Source: Nitrospirales bacterium (GTDB lineage: Bacteria > Nitrospirota > Nitrospiria > Nitrospirales > UBA8639). From it: DNA of 64,000 bases. How positions within the stretch are numbered: position 1 is the stretch's first letter; each line of letters opens with the position of its first letter. The translations under genes were made by a program, and so were the position numbers. Shown here piece after piece: positions 1 to 11,629 of this stretch. The stretch lies in contig CBDBCZ010000018.1 in NCBI GenBank assembly GCA_965203295.1, positions 1,696,001 to 1,760,000 on the forward strand, in the 5' to 3' direction. Below the pieces are notes generated by a model. The model saw nothing but the letters and a program-made list of their open reading frames with translations, had not been told where the DNA came from and did not search any database.

Positions 1-769
1 TATTGCGTTAACTCGTTCCAGGCTCCCCCCATTGAAAGTGCACTGCAAGTGACAAAGCTGGGGAGTCTTGGGATTGCAGCTAATATATTACATGTATTGA
101 TTTACCAGCTTCTTGTTCCTGAAACAAATAGGCTTTTACCACATACCGGGGCTGGCCTGGTCAGTAGCTAGGCAGAAACATATCTATGGCAAGAGCATCT
201 GGCTATAGTATTGAAATTTTGATTCAATCCCGCATATTCCCGCTGTCGGACTGAAGTGGACAGAGTTCCTGTAGAGTCGGAAAGTGGGGGCAGGCTGGTG
301 TCATATAGGAATTTAAAATCCCTCCCATTAATTAAGCCTATGTTAGTAAGATTATACTGAGAAAGAATGAGACGTCAACTAAGGTTTGGTTGCCTATACC
401 CTTGCAGGTATATAGATACCCTAAAATACCCCTTCAGAAATAGGTTATGTAAGCTATGCAGAGCAGAAACTGAAGACTGCCCACCAAGCACTGGCATGGC
501 AGGGTAAGCCACCCATCACCAACACTTGCTGTCCTTCCAGTGACCCCAACCCCTTGCTGCTGCATTTATATGGTGATGTATACGCATGTAACAATCTATT
601 CAACATACTAACTGTTTATAATATTGTTGTCAAATTAGGGTTCTATACACACAACCTCCCCTTCCCATCAAAATAATTAGGACAAAGAGGTCACTACATT
701 TATGCAGAAGACCTCCCTTACGCTGAGGAGTTCCCGGCCCATCTCTACTGCACACACAACGCACCAAGT

Positions 770-2236
770 GCCCAGAGTCACGTACCTCGGATGCATCAGG
801 CTCATGGGGTTGTGGAGCTAGGTGCGGCAATGGAACCAATCCCTGATGTCAAAGCAGATTGCTGTGAAGGAGCTGTTGCCGACAGTCATTGCAGGAGCAA
901 TCTGGGGGCATTCCTGCAGTGGTCAACAGGTGATGTTCCAGTGTGACATAATAACAGCCGTTACCGCTAGCCGGGAGTGAGATCTAATATAGGTGCTCCA
1001 TGCCTCCTTTTCATAGAGGCCTACTTTCAATTTTAGTTTTCGCCTGAACACCTGCCCAGAGTGGATAATGAGTGTGCGGATGACCTCACCCGCAACCAGA
1101 TACATGTAACTGCCTTCCAAGAGAAAGTCCCTGAAGCCAGCAGTTTACCTTCACCATAGATAATAGAGGACGTGCTCAATTATCTATGCTTTTGCCCATA
1201 ACCTCTTCCCTACTGCAGTGGCTGCTCCACCCCCAGCTGGATTGGACATCAGCTGGCTGGACCCAGCTGTTTCTGTCGGAAAGGCATAGCAGATTCGACT
1301 CACAAGACTCACAAATCAGCTTTGCCTTGTTTTGGGCCATTTAGCTCATTGTAACAAACAGTGCACGTTACGTGCTCTATTATCTATGATTGTTCTGTTA
1401 CAATATAGTCTCCCCCTTCCCAGTATTGACTTTGTTATTATACATCCTCCTATCTTGCAACTCAACAACTCACCGCACAAACGGTTAAGACCTATCTCTC
1501 AGCAATCCGCTATATGCAGATCATTCTGGGCCACGGGAATTCTCCTCGTTACCCCGCCTACAATTTGTACAAATGGAAATTCAACGCACTCAAATACAGA
1601 GGGTCTCTACGCCACCAAGGGTCTGCCCCCCAATTACCCCTGCAGTACTGTCTCACATCAGAGAACACTGGTTAACAAATTCCTTGGATCCTGACATAAT
1701 AATCCTATGCATGTTCAGCGGCCTACCTTTGTTTTATGGGTTGGTTTTTCGGTCAGGTGAGCTGTAGAGCTTTGACCCAACAACACTCCTCAGCTGGGGT
1801 GATATTGCAGTGGACAATCATGTGAACCCAGCTGCAATTCGGATTCATCTGAAGCGATTGAAATGTGACCACATTAAAAAAGGCATATATTAATATTTTC
1901 GTGGATAGTACTTACACCCCTATTTGCCCAGTGGCAGCTGTTGTAGCCAATATAACAGTTCGAGGCTCAGCTGACGGGCCATTCTTTGATTTGACCAAGC
2001 CAAAATTTGTTGCCAAGGTCTGTCAAGCCTAGCCTCGTACCCAGTCCCATCCCACCCAGTAAAGTCAAGCCCTGCAAGCAATAGGCCTCCACTTAGCAGG
2101 ACAAGTTACCGTATTGGGGCAGCAACTGAGGATTCAATAATCCAGACATTAGGATGTTGGAGCAGTGCTGCCTTTACCTACATCTGTGCACCTAGAGAGA
2201 ACCTGGCACATTTTTCGCTCACATTTGTCACGTAGG
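770..2236 (+). mobile_element. Degenerate DIRS/Ngaro-type tyrosine-recombinase retrotransposon (RNase H and YR remnants)
   Basis: Manual translation gives TSDASGSWGCGA (~784-820) and IAVKELLPTVIAGAIWGHSCSGQQVMFQCD (~858-947), typical of the DIRS/Ngaro RNase H domain. FYGLVFRSGEL (~1732-1764) and SYRIGAATEDSIIQTLGCWSSAAFTYI (~2105-2185) match the tyrosine recombinase R and HxxRIGAAT...LGRWxS..Y motifs. Many stops and frameshifts. Confidence 0.8.
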
Positions 2237-2918
2237 TTGGGGGGGTAAGAATGCAGGCACTCTCCCCTGAGCTGATATTGGGGGGCCCAGCTTGGGTCCC
2301 CCTCATCTTCACCCTCCAAACACTATAGGGCTGGAAGATACAAGCATCGGGCCATTCTGTTGATCCACCTACTTACTGGCCAACACAGAGGTGCCCAGAC
2401 CTCCCCCTAGACTATTCCTGTAAGAGAATGCTAGCTGGTTCGGTTACTAGTCTAGCCCCTCCCTCTCCAATTTTCCCGGTGAGAGGGAGGGGCTAGCAGC
2501 TAGACTAACCACTATACTCTCGTCGTCATGGTCCACCCATCCCTATAGTCTCGCATAGAAGCGCGAGGGGCTGGCTACGCGAGGCTACCATCCCTTTATT
2601 ACCCAGCCACTTTTCCAGACATAAGCTTATACTAATAGCCTACCAAACTCGCAGCGAGCACTTACCTTCGCTATAGAACTCTGTACGGGAGAGTTGGAAG
2701 CGCTCACTATTACAGCGAGCCTGCGCGTGCTTCGGCCTCTAGTCTTCCAGGCGCATTATTGTACGTGGCTGCAGGTAGCTGGGCTATTTTGTGTAGTGGG
2801 TGGGTATTGTGGGTGTGCCCGGTTCTGTTGACCTTTTTCTTCGCACGATTGTGTGGTTTTGAAGAAGTTAATAGAGTGAGCTAGCTACTCACAACTCACT
2901 TCGCTCAGTGATTGGTGC

Positions 2919-4656
2919 ACGTTGCACCGCGACCAAAAATGGATTCCTATTGGGGTGACAGTGTTTGCAGCTCTCCTCGTATCTATCGAGAGATCAAACT
3001 CTCAGACAGGTTTCTCGTATGACAGGCAGGATCTATGGAATTTACCTACAGCAATGCGTCAGACTCCAATCGACATAATAACGTGAGATGTACAGAGGAA
3101 TTCTAGCCTCAAGGAGCTCGAATTTAACGATGTCTGGACTGCTACTCTTGACGGGACGTTTTCGAACAATGGTCTAACCCCCCGGTTTGTTGCCTCTACT
3201 GGTGGAACGGCTACCGTTCGCAATCACCTTGACCTCCTCAATTTCACCTGCACTGGGGACGCGAAAATGACCACGGTACGGGGCATCGCATAAACGGAGA
3301 AGAATTCGGACTGGAGTTCCACTTTGTGACCTTATTACAAGGAGAAGGCTCAGTAAACCTTAGTAACACAAGTCGCGGTGACCTTATTTCTGTCATAAGT
3401 GTGCTCGCAGAAGTGGATGACACTGCTGAAATTTTAGGAGTCTGGGAGAAACTCAACATCTCTGCGATTATCGGGGCTGGAAACAGTACTGCAGTAACTG
3501 GATTGAGTTATCCCTCAGTTTTGCCGGAGAATAGCGACTACTACTACTATCAAGGTTCTCAAAACGAGCCCACCTTGCTGTGAATTTGTACAGTGGTTCG
3601 TGTTGCAGAACAGGATCAAAGTGCCAAGACCTTTCTTGGAACAACTGCGAACAGTTCGGAACTTTAATGATGAGCCTATTACACTTAACAACAGAGATGC
3701 CCAGCCTCTCAATGGCCGTATTGTATCCGTTCTTCCCTCCTCATTAGCGCTTGATCTTGTCTTTATAAACGACACCCCACAAGTCAACGGCAGTGGTATT
3801 TTCCATGCTAAGTTTGCTACCAATACGCCTGGAACTGATATCTTTCTCACATGTCGTCTGGAAGGCCCTAGTGGCACTATCACGCAGGATTGTAAGCATG
3901 CATGCTGTATATATATATTATTACACGAGTGAGCGGGTAGCTGGAGAGGGTCACAGGAGCCTGTCAGTCAAGTTTAATGTCTAGTTATACGTGTACATGT
4001 AGTCAATTTGATTTTATGAGAACGATTGCAACAAAAGAGCAGATGTTGACTCCATTTAGTCTTGTAATGTATTATGTAGTCATTCTTGAGTTAATCCAAT
4101 ACTTTTTTGTAGCCTCATTTTCGAGGCATACAATTTTGAGAGGCACTACCTATTTACCTTCTCCTGTGGACAACCAACTTGCAAACATCTGTATATGAAA
4201 AGAGTGTTAATTACTTAATTATGTCTTTTATCATGTGTAGTCTTTGGCCTGACTGACAGTCACATGAGTTCCATGACATCCCTTGGAGCAAGGTAGAAGT
4301 GGAGAAGTCTACATCTTCAGAAACATAAGGTCTGGATCGTCAGCTATACTAAACATGTGAGTTCAAATACAGCACTGCACATAGTATGTAGCTTCTACAC
4401 ATAAAAAGGTTTTGACACTAAAAACCTGGGAGTGCATGTGCAGTCCTAATTGGTCTGTAAATCTAGTTACAAGAGCAACATCAGTTTACTAGACTGTGTA
4501 ACACACGAATTCATTTTCTGCTGCGAATACAGGTCCTAGTCCAGTAACTTTGACAGCCTTAGATCCTGGAACCCATCGCGTTTAAGAATCAAACCAATCG
4601 GATGTGGTAGAGCTGGAGAGGGTCACAGTAGCATATCAGTCAAATTTAATGTCTAG
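2919..4656 (+). pseudogene. Alpha-carbonic anhydrase (signal peptide, intronless CA domain, spliced Ig-like C-terminal extension), disabled
   Basis: Signal-like WIPIGVTVFAALLVSI, then RQTPIDI, FSNNG, QFHLHWG, LEFHFV (three Zn-ligand His), YYYQGSQ-TSPPCCEFVQWFV and NNRDAQPLNGR. In-frame TGA at 3084-3086; frameshifts at ~3239 and in the A-run 3561-3564; candidate start is ACG at 2919. Donor GTAAG at 3892; last exon 4533-4656 is also frameshifted. Confidence 0.88.
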
Positions 4657-5110
4657 TTATACCTGTACATGTAGTCAATTTGATTTTATGAGAACGATAG
4701 CAACAAAAGAGCAGATGTTGACTCCATTTAGTCTTGTAATGTATTATGTATTCATTCTTGAGTTAATCCAATACTTTTTTGGGTGGGGGGGGGGGGAGGG
4801 GGGGTGTTTGTCCAGGGCAATAGGCAAATAGCAGAACATGTGTAAACTGTTAGCTTTTGATTATGACAGCCTAACCTAGTTAGGAACCTGAGAGTCACTA
4901 CCCATTTGCCTTCTCTTGTGGACAACCAACTTGCAAACCTCCCTATATGAATATATTATTGAACTGAGAGTTTTAAGAGTGTTAATTAATAATCATGTCT
5001 TTTATCATGTGCAGTCTTGACCTGACTGGCAGTTGCATGAGTTGGGTGCTCCATGACATCCCTTGGAGCAAGGTAGAAGTGGAGAAGTCTACATCTTCAG
5101 AAAAATAAGG
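3938..5110 (+). repeat. Local direct duplication of the CA gene 3' end/3'UTR (~3938-4330 and ~4609-5110)
   Basis: Near-identical blocks 'agctggagagggtcacag...gtctagttata...gagaagtctacatcttcagaaa'. ORFs 3977 and 4604 share MSSYTCTCSQFDFMRTIATKEQ. Confidence 0.9.
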
Positions 5111-5943
5111 TCAGAATATCTTGCAAGCTAGGCTTTGTGGGGCTCATGCTTCTGGATGTGAGAAATATTCTAATGTGTGAAAGCAGTGAGACCACAGTCA
5201 ATAGCTATGCTGTTGAAATAAGTATGCCAATGCATTTTCAGTACATGTAGAATCATCCAGCCAACTCACTAAACTGGGAGTAGCCAGTTAGGAAGATGGT
5301 ATTTACTAGCATGACTTTCATTTATGGCTACAAAGAAAAGTTTGATTGCTGCCAACTGCATGCATTTTGTGGGCATTTATCAATAGAAAGGCCATTAGCC
5401 AGATGGTCCCAGCCTGTCTCTGCATGGTATATATATTGTGCTAAAGGTGAGTAAGGACAATTGTTTGTGGGTACAGTAAATTTATGACATAGAGTGCTAC
5501 AACTGACTTGAAGCAAGCAAATTAGTTACAGGTAGCTAGGTGCTGAAGGATGGCTACTGGAGCAATTACGTCCAGTGTACACTTCAAAAAACTGAATTGT
5601 TACTGTCACGCTTTGGTTCGAAAAGATAATGTTTTAACTTGTTACATGCTTATCGTACTTCTTAGTTAGGTTCTGTTTCTGTATTAGATGTATTATGACC
5701 TCCTGGCAGACCAGCCTCTTGGCTGAAGGAGCTTCATTAGAATTTACCTACAGTGTTGCTAGGCTGCAGGAAAACACTCATGGTATTACTGGTAACTGTC
5801 TGCATCTAGCCTAGAACCCAGCTGTCCCAGCTACTGGTTTGAATTAGTAATAAGGTGTATAACCTGCATACACACTTGGCGGACCTGTTAAACTTGTATG
5901 GTAGCTTGCTACATTGACACGGATGTGTCTCTACGTATATATA

Positions 5944-6639
5944 AAAAAAGTGCAAAAACAAGTAATGTAGGGATGGACTTTTACCAAAAAACATTTCCCC
6001 AAAAACCAATGAAACAAGCAACAATGCACATCGCAATGCGTGCACAGACAATCCACACATCACAGCTCAATGCGTAGCTACCATCCCTACATCTTTCCAA
6101 CCACACCCACCACAATCGCATATATATATGTGAGATGTGAATAGTTGTAGTATAATTTGGGTAAAGTATAGATTGAGTGTTGTTGAGTGTGTTGTATGGT
6201 GGTTGATGTTGTGAGGAATCGCTCTGCTTAGTTTGTGCTTGTGAATGTGGGATTCGTGGAGTGAAGTGAATTTTATGGGAGTAGCTAGCGTTCCTATGAA
6301 GGTTTGGGTTGGCTGTAGTGTGGGGTGCTGTGTTTTATGATGTAGCTATGTAATGTTTGTGGATAAGGATGTAAGGGTGGTATATATATGATAGTGATGA
6401 TTGTGGATGGTTGTGTGTGTTGAAGGAAGTATTGGGTGTGCATGTAAAGTATGGGGGCAAGGTACGGATTGTGGTGGGTGTGGTTGGAAAGATGTAGGGA
6501 TGGTAGCTACGCATTGAGCTGTGATGTGTGGATTGTCTGTGCACGCATTGCGATGTGCATTGTTGCTTGTTTCATTGGTTTTTGGGGAAATGTTTTTTGG
6601 TGAAAGTCCATCCCTACATTACTTGTTTTTGCACTTTTT
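5944..6639. repeat. ~170-bp inverted repeat (5944-6117 / 6467-6639) around a ~350-bp GT-rich spacer
   Basis: The arms are reverse complements. ORFs 5806..6063(-) and 6521..6724(+) share MMCGLSVHALRCALLLVSLVFGEMFFG. Confidence 0.9.
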
Positions 6640-7017
6640 GGCAAAGTGCTTTTTCTGTAACTTGTTTTGGGCGTTTTTTTGGGAAGTGGTAACAAATGTG
6701 TATGTGTATAAATGTGTGCAGTAGATGGTATTAGAATGGAATGTGTTTAAGGATGTGTGTAGTATAGGTTTCGATTTGTACTCCAGTCAGCATTAGGAAG
6801 GCCTTCGCCTGCATGTGCATGGGGGGGGGGGGGGGTGAGGTCTCTTGTCAAGGTCAGCTATGTAACTGGTACGTGAGGCTGCCCATTTCTTGTCAAGGTC
6901 AACACTACTCCTAGCGCAGGAAGTTGCTCTAGCAGCTGCTTTTATACTTTGTCGGTTTTGAATGTACATTGTTTATTCTGGGCCCTCTTTCATAAATGTA
7001 TAAACCTTGCTTTCATG

Positions 7018-7496
7018 CACGATCGAAGGTAGGCTTTAAATAGACCAACACGTGCTGGCAGGCAGTCATCTTACCATAAAATGGCCTGTAAGTGGCAAGT
7101 GTCCACTCGAGAGTGTTCCTTGTTACTACTAAACTGATTCGATTTCTTTGACAACGCTATGCCCGAAAGGCACTACCCGAGGGTCAATCATGCCCGTTCG
7201 TATTGGAATCTTTTTATCGCTTCACTCATTATCGTGCTAGTTTGACTGAATTAAGGATTATCTGACTAAGATGAAGATAGACCATTCGGCGGTTTTAACC
7301 ACTTGCTGCTTTGGTACTTCAAAGATGTTCTTAAGCAGTGCTAACAGCCTGGTTAGTGATGACAACGCTCCAAAATAAGTGGTACATAGGCTTCATATTA
7401 GTCCTAGACTATACCTACAGCAGAGTACTAAACATGTCATTTTAATGGGGAGGCCAGGGCCATCCCTACATATGGAATAGTACCGTACTCCATGAT
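7018..7496. mobile_element. Non-autonomous repeat, CACGAT...CATGAT family, copy 1
   Basis: Shares its start (cacgatc.aaggtaggc.ttaaatagac.aacacg) and end (gccatccctacatatgga.ta.taccgtactccatgat) with 7906-8437. An inverted partial copy lies at ~47803-47912. Confidence 0.7.
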
Positions 7497-7905
7497 GTTG
7501 AACTGCAAATTATCACCAAGGACAATTATATGTATTGCAGTTTCTAGTGTCACAAAGACAAATAGCTGCCTGCATGCCTCCTCCAGTAGAGTAAGTGAGG
7601 GGGTGTCCGGATGGTAGGGGTTGCTCGGACACCAAGGCTTTTCCGCCTGTGCTCGTATTTAACAGCAAATGTATTTCGTTCGGTGGGCCTTTCTGTCTGC
7701 CCTTGTTATGTATTGTGAGCTACTGTTTCCTTGTGTATGTCCGGACAATTCCATGCACCCTTTGGACACCCCCTTACTTCAGTAGCTAGCTACCCTACTA
7801 CTAAAATAATACTATCAGCCATGTGAGTCAGTGTATTGTAGCTAAATTTTCGGGTGACTTACAAAGTGATGAACCAGGAGATGCAGCTCAGGCCCAGACA
7901 GCTGG

Positions 7906-8437
7906 CACGATCAAAGGTAGGCGTTAAATAGACGAACACGCGACACCCACGCGAAAGGGGCGGTTACTAAATTCCGAAACCGAACGGAACAGAACAGTAG
8001 CCATTAAATGGCGTGGAACGGCAAGCGTCCACTCGAGAGTACTCGTGAATCACTGCTGAACCTGTTCGGTTTCTTTGAAAACGTTATGCTACGAGTGCAA
8101 TACCCCGGGGAATATCTAGCTTGTTCGCGCTTGAATTATTGTGATTGCTTCTGCCATTATTGTGCTAGCCTGGCTGAAGAAACAAAGAAGAATTAGTCCA
8201 TTACGCCCCGCCCCCCCAGTGTAGCGACTTGCCGGTCTAGTACTCCAGCGAAGCTTTCCAGAACCGCTAACAGTCTTGTTGCTGATGAAAACACTCGAGA
8301 TGTCATGGTATGGGTCATAAAAGCCTATGACTATAATCAGAGGCGAGTTTTGAACGTATGATTTTGTACGCGTTATATGGGGCCGCCATTTTTTCCTGTG
8401 CCATCCCTACATATGGAGTACTACCGTACTCCATGAT
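7906..8437. mobile_element. Non-autonomous repeat, CACGAT...CATGAT family, copy 2
   Basis: Same termini as 7018-7496, with terminal hairpin ATGGAGTA-ctaccg-TACTCCAT. Confidence 0.7.
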
Positions 8438-9799
8438 AAGCCAATATGAACACGTGTCCAGAGTCCGCATTTGCTCAGCCCCCATCGTATTCTAGTTGTG
8501 ACTGATCTAAAAATGTGGACTCTATCGTCAGTAAATAAGAAATGTGATGAATAGAACCGTCCCTAGTTCACATATATTCATTTTTTAGGGGATTTCAATG
8601 TAACTGTTGGGTTTAGCAATCGCTTAACAGTATAAATCGCGAGAAAGAGACAGACTGAATCAAGTGACAGGTAACAAAGTAAATGCCAGCATACACAGTA
8701 CCACCGTTGCAGTCTAGTGGGATATAAACCTTACAGTTGTACATATTCTACAGGTCGTGAAACATTAGTTAGCTCTAAGGGACTCATTTAACTACAGGTG
8801 ATATGGGGCCATAGAACCAGGTGTAATCCTACTCCAATAATTGGAGCTTGCATAGTCTATGAATGTGACATCCAAGCTGGAGTGTGAGACATGTGCCATG
8901 CTGGTTGATGCTGTGAAGAATACAGGAAGGTTGCCAGTAGTTGTAATACACCTGGATACACTGCATGCATTCTTCCCATCAATGCCCTGTTTATTAGCTT
9001 GCTGGGTACGTATATAGCTTCTGGTAACGTCATGAATTGCCTGCATGACAATAGGAACGAGCATGTCATCAGTGACATTACTCCAATTATTTGAACTTTG
9101 AGGTTAGATCATCAAACTGGGTGGTTTCTTAATAAAAGTATCCTATGTTCTTTATCTATCTGATGGCCCATGGGATTTCTTGAACCACTAAGGCTGAGTA
9201 ACTAAGACTTATAAGTGAGCAACAACAGCCAGAGCAATATACAGATGCTTAAAGTACGATTTTAGCTTTGAGATACACATGTACAGCTAGATTTTCATCA
9301 TGAAACCATGTTTGTCAGCCTATCTAGATGTACAGCTTCTGGAAGCCTTCATGAATTCACTATATTCTGCACAGTAGGATCCAGCATGGCACGTGTCACA
9401 CTACTTCAATAATTGGAGCATGGATGCCATATGCTTATAGTTGATGCATGTCACATCCAAACTCCACACCCAGATGCTGCATCCATTCTGCACAGTAGAG
9501 TAAAACTGTTGCAGTCCAGTGGGGTATATAAACCCTTACACGTTAGAAATTCTAGAGGTCATGAAACGTAAGAAACCACAGTGTATTTGTAAGGAACTCA
9601 TTGAATTGCTGGACCATGAAACCAGGGATAATTAGCTATAAGTAGAGCTTATCAATGAATATCACATGCATACGCAGTGTACATCCATTGAAGTAAAGTG
9701 TTGTGTCACAGTTGTACCTACTGTGGAGAATACAGGAAGATTGCTAGAAGCTTTCCAAATCCTCACACCTACGTATATAAAACAAAGCCCGCCCTCTCC

Positions 9800-10135
9800 T
9801 AATTATTGAGTACACTAAAATCTTTAAAATCTTCCACCAACAGATTGTCTAAGTCTTCCATGAAAGTACTTCTAATAGTATCATACACAGGACACTCCCA
9901 GAGCACATGTACCATTCTTCCCCACATAACTTACACTGCCTATCATCATTTTTACTCCTGATATCTTCATTCAGACCATTAGTACCAGACCTAAACTTAA
10001 CATCAATCGCGTTCCTGAGTTTAACTTTACTATGTAAGCCATCATTAAAGTCTTTATATTCTCTGTATCTCAATGCTTCATCTACTCTCTCTAAAAGCAA
10101 GGCTACATTATAATCTAGGATCCTTACCAAAGCTG
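9800..10135 (-). mobile_element. LINE ORF2 C-terminal fragment
   Basis: ORF 9849..10130(-) contains KFRSGTNGLNE...DDRQCKLCGEE, resembling the C-terminal Cys/His region of L2/CR1-type ORF2. Confidence 0.6.
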
Positions 10136-10206
10136 TAGCACCCTTGGTGTTATGTCTGCAGGACTTGTATACAGTCTGGCCTGTAGTACTGTGTGGAAGA
10201 GATATA

Positions 10207-10634
10207 CAGCTGGGTCCCGATTTTTTCGGGATTTCTTTACTCTCTCAGAAAGCTTTCTTCTCTTGAAGAGTTCACAATGTGAGTACTTAGTTTTCAGTTC
10301 TGTGTCTTTGGTGGTTTAATTACCCCGGTAGACTGATTCAGGCTAAGTTTGGGTGTAGCACGTTTCTCGTGTTTAGATGGGGGAGAGGCCTATAATGAGA
10401 GAGTAATTACAGTTGGAATTGGCTGGGTCCTACTGGCAAGTGCTACTAGCGGGTTTAGTGGCTACATAAAGCTTGCCTACTGCTCCTCTGCCAAGGGGGC
10501 TCCAGTAGTTCAATTGGTAAGAGCATCTGACTAGTATTCAGAAGGTCCTGGGTTCAATCCCCAGCTGGGTCCCGATTTTTTCGGGATTTCTTTACTCTCT
10601 CAGAAAGCTTTCATCTCTTGAAGAGTTCACAATG
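10207..10634 (+). mobile_element. tRNA-containing dispersed repeat with 73-bp terminal direct repeats (10207-10279 / 10562-10634)
   Basis: The direct repeats differ at one base. Further copies at ~19238-19425 (+) and ~45349-45432 (-) share the same 3' end, agtt(c/t)acaatg. Confidence 0.8.
10498..10573 (+). tRNA. tRNA-Thr(AGT)-like sequence within a dispersed repeat (tRNA gene or tRNA-derived element)
   Basis: Cloverleaf: acceptor GGCTCCA/TGGGTCC (one mismatch), D stem GTTC/GAGC, anticodon stem TCTGA/TCAGA with loop CTAGTAT, T arm CTGGG-TTCAATC-CCCAG. A T6 run follows immediately. Confidence 0.6.
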
Positions 10635-10676
10635 GTATTGTTGTGGTTACTGATATCAATGCTAGCTAGCCTTCCA

Positions 10677-11550
10677 TATTACTTGTAGCAACATTGCATA
10701 TATATGCTGAAAATCATGCATGCAGTACTGCTACTGTTCTGTGCAGATAATTATACTTACACTTGTGCTATTATGTGATCACAAAATCTGGTTTGTTTTC
10801 TTCATTGAAACTCATCAGTGATAATTATGATGAAAATGATGTCACTTGTCATTGTAATCTGATCCCACCCCTTTAATTGGGGTAAGTCATGGCTATATAC
10901 CCTTACGTCATGCATGTACACAAATTCTAAATGGAGGTGGTTCCCGAAACATTCTCCAGTTACTATGTTGAGTCCCTTGATAGCAGACGATAGACTCAAA
11001 AATGTACGACATGTCAAGTATTGTAGTCCCAAAACACTACTTCGAGGTCTATACCTAGCCTCGTTCCCAGGCTCTACTGACCAGCTTTTTCCGCACGTAG
11101 TAAAATAAGCGGTCAGTAGAGCCCGGGAACGAGGCTAGTCTATACCTACATTCTCTGACATCTGCAATTCAGGTAGTCAACATATTCTTTGCAGTGAAGA
11201 GCTACATTATTTGTCATACACTCATGCACTTTAAAGTGCCTTTTGTTCAAAGCATGTACTTTCCAGTACTCGATTTTAGGTTGGCCCACTATGGCTCTCA
11301 GCCCTTCAAATTATCTCCAGATTACTTGTAGCAACATTGCATATATATGCTGAAACATGCATGCAGTACTGCTATTGTTCTATGCAAATATATTTACACT
11401 AGTGCTATTATGTATTCACAAAATCTGTTTTGTTTTAAAAACTTATTTCGTTGATAGTCATCAGTGATGTAATGAAAATGATGTCACTTATAGTAATCTG
11501 ATACCACCCCTTTAATTGGGGTAAGTCATGGCTATATACCCTCACGTCAT
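10677..11550 (+). repeat. Direct duplication of ~230 bp upstream of the membrane-protein gene (10677-10912 / 11321-11550)
   Basis: Shared 'attacttgtagcaacattgcatatat...cccctttaattggggtaagtcatggctatataccct.acgtcatg'. Confidence 0.85.
11056..11137. mobile_element. TAG...CTA palindromic micro-MITE with 9-bp TSD (GTCTATACC)
   Basis: TIRs tagcctcgttccc.ggctctactgacc / ggtcagtagagcc.gggaacgaggcta, with identical 9-mers at 11047-11055 and 11138-11146. Confidence 0.85.
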
Positions 11551-11629
11551 GTAGAATGTGAGAATATTTTAAAAGGAAAATCAGTTGTCAATCTCATACA
11601 ATCATAGCATTGCTATTGCAAGAAGTGGT

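Noticed and set aside
3084..3086. In-frame TGA in the CA gene as selenocysteine or programmed readthrough
   Set aside because: It is accompanied by several frameshifts at non-slippery sites; CGA-to-TGA decay is the simpler explanation.
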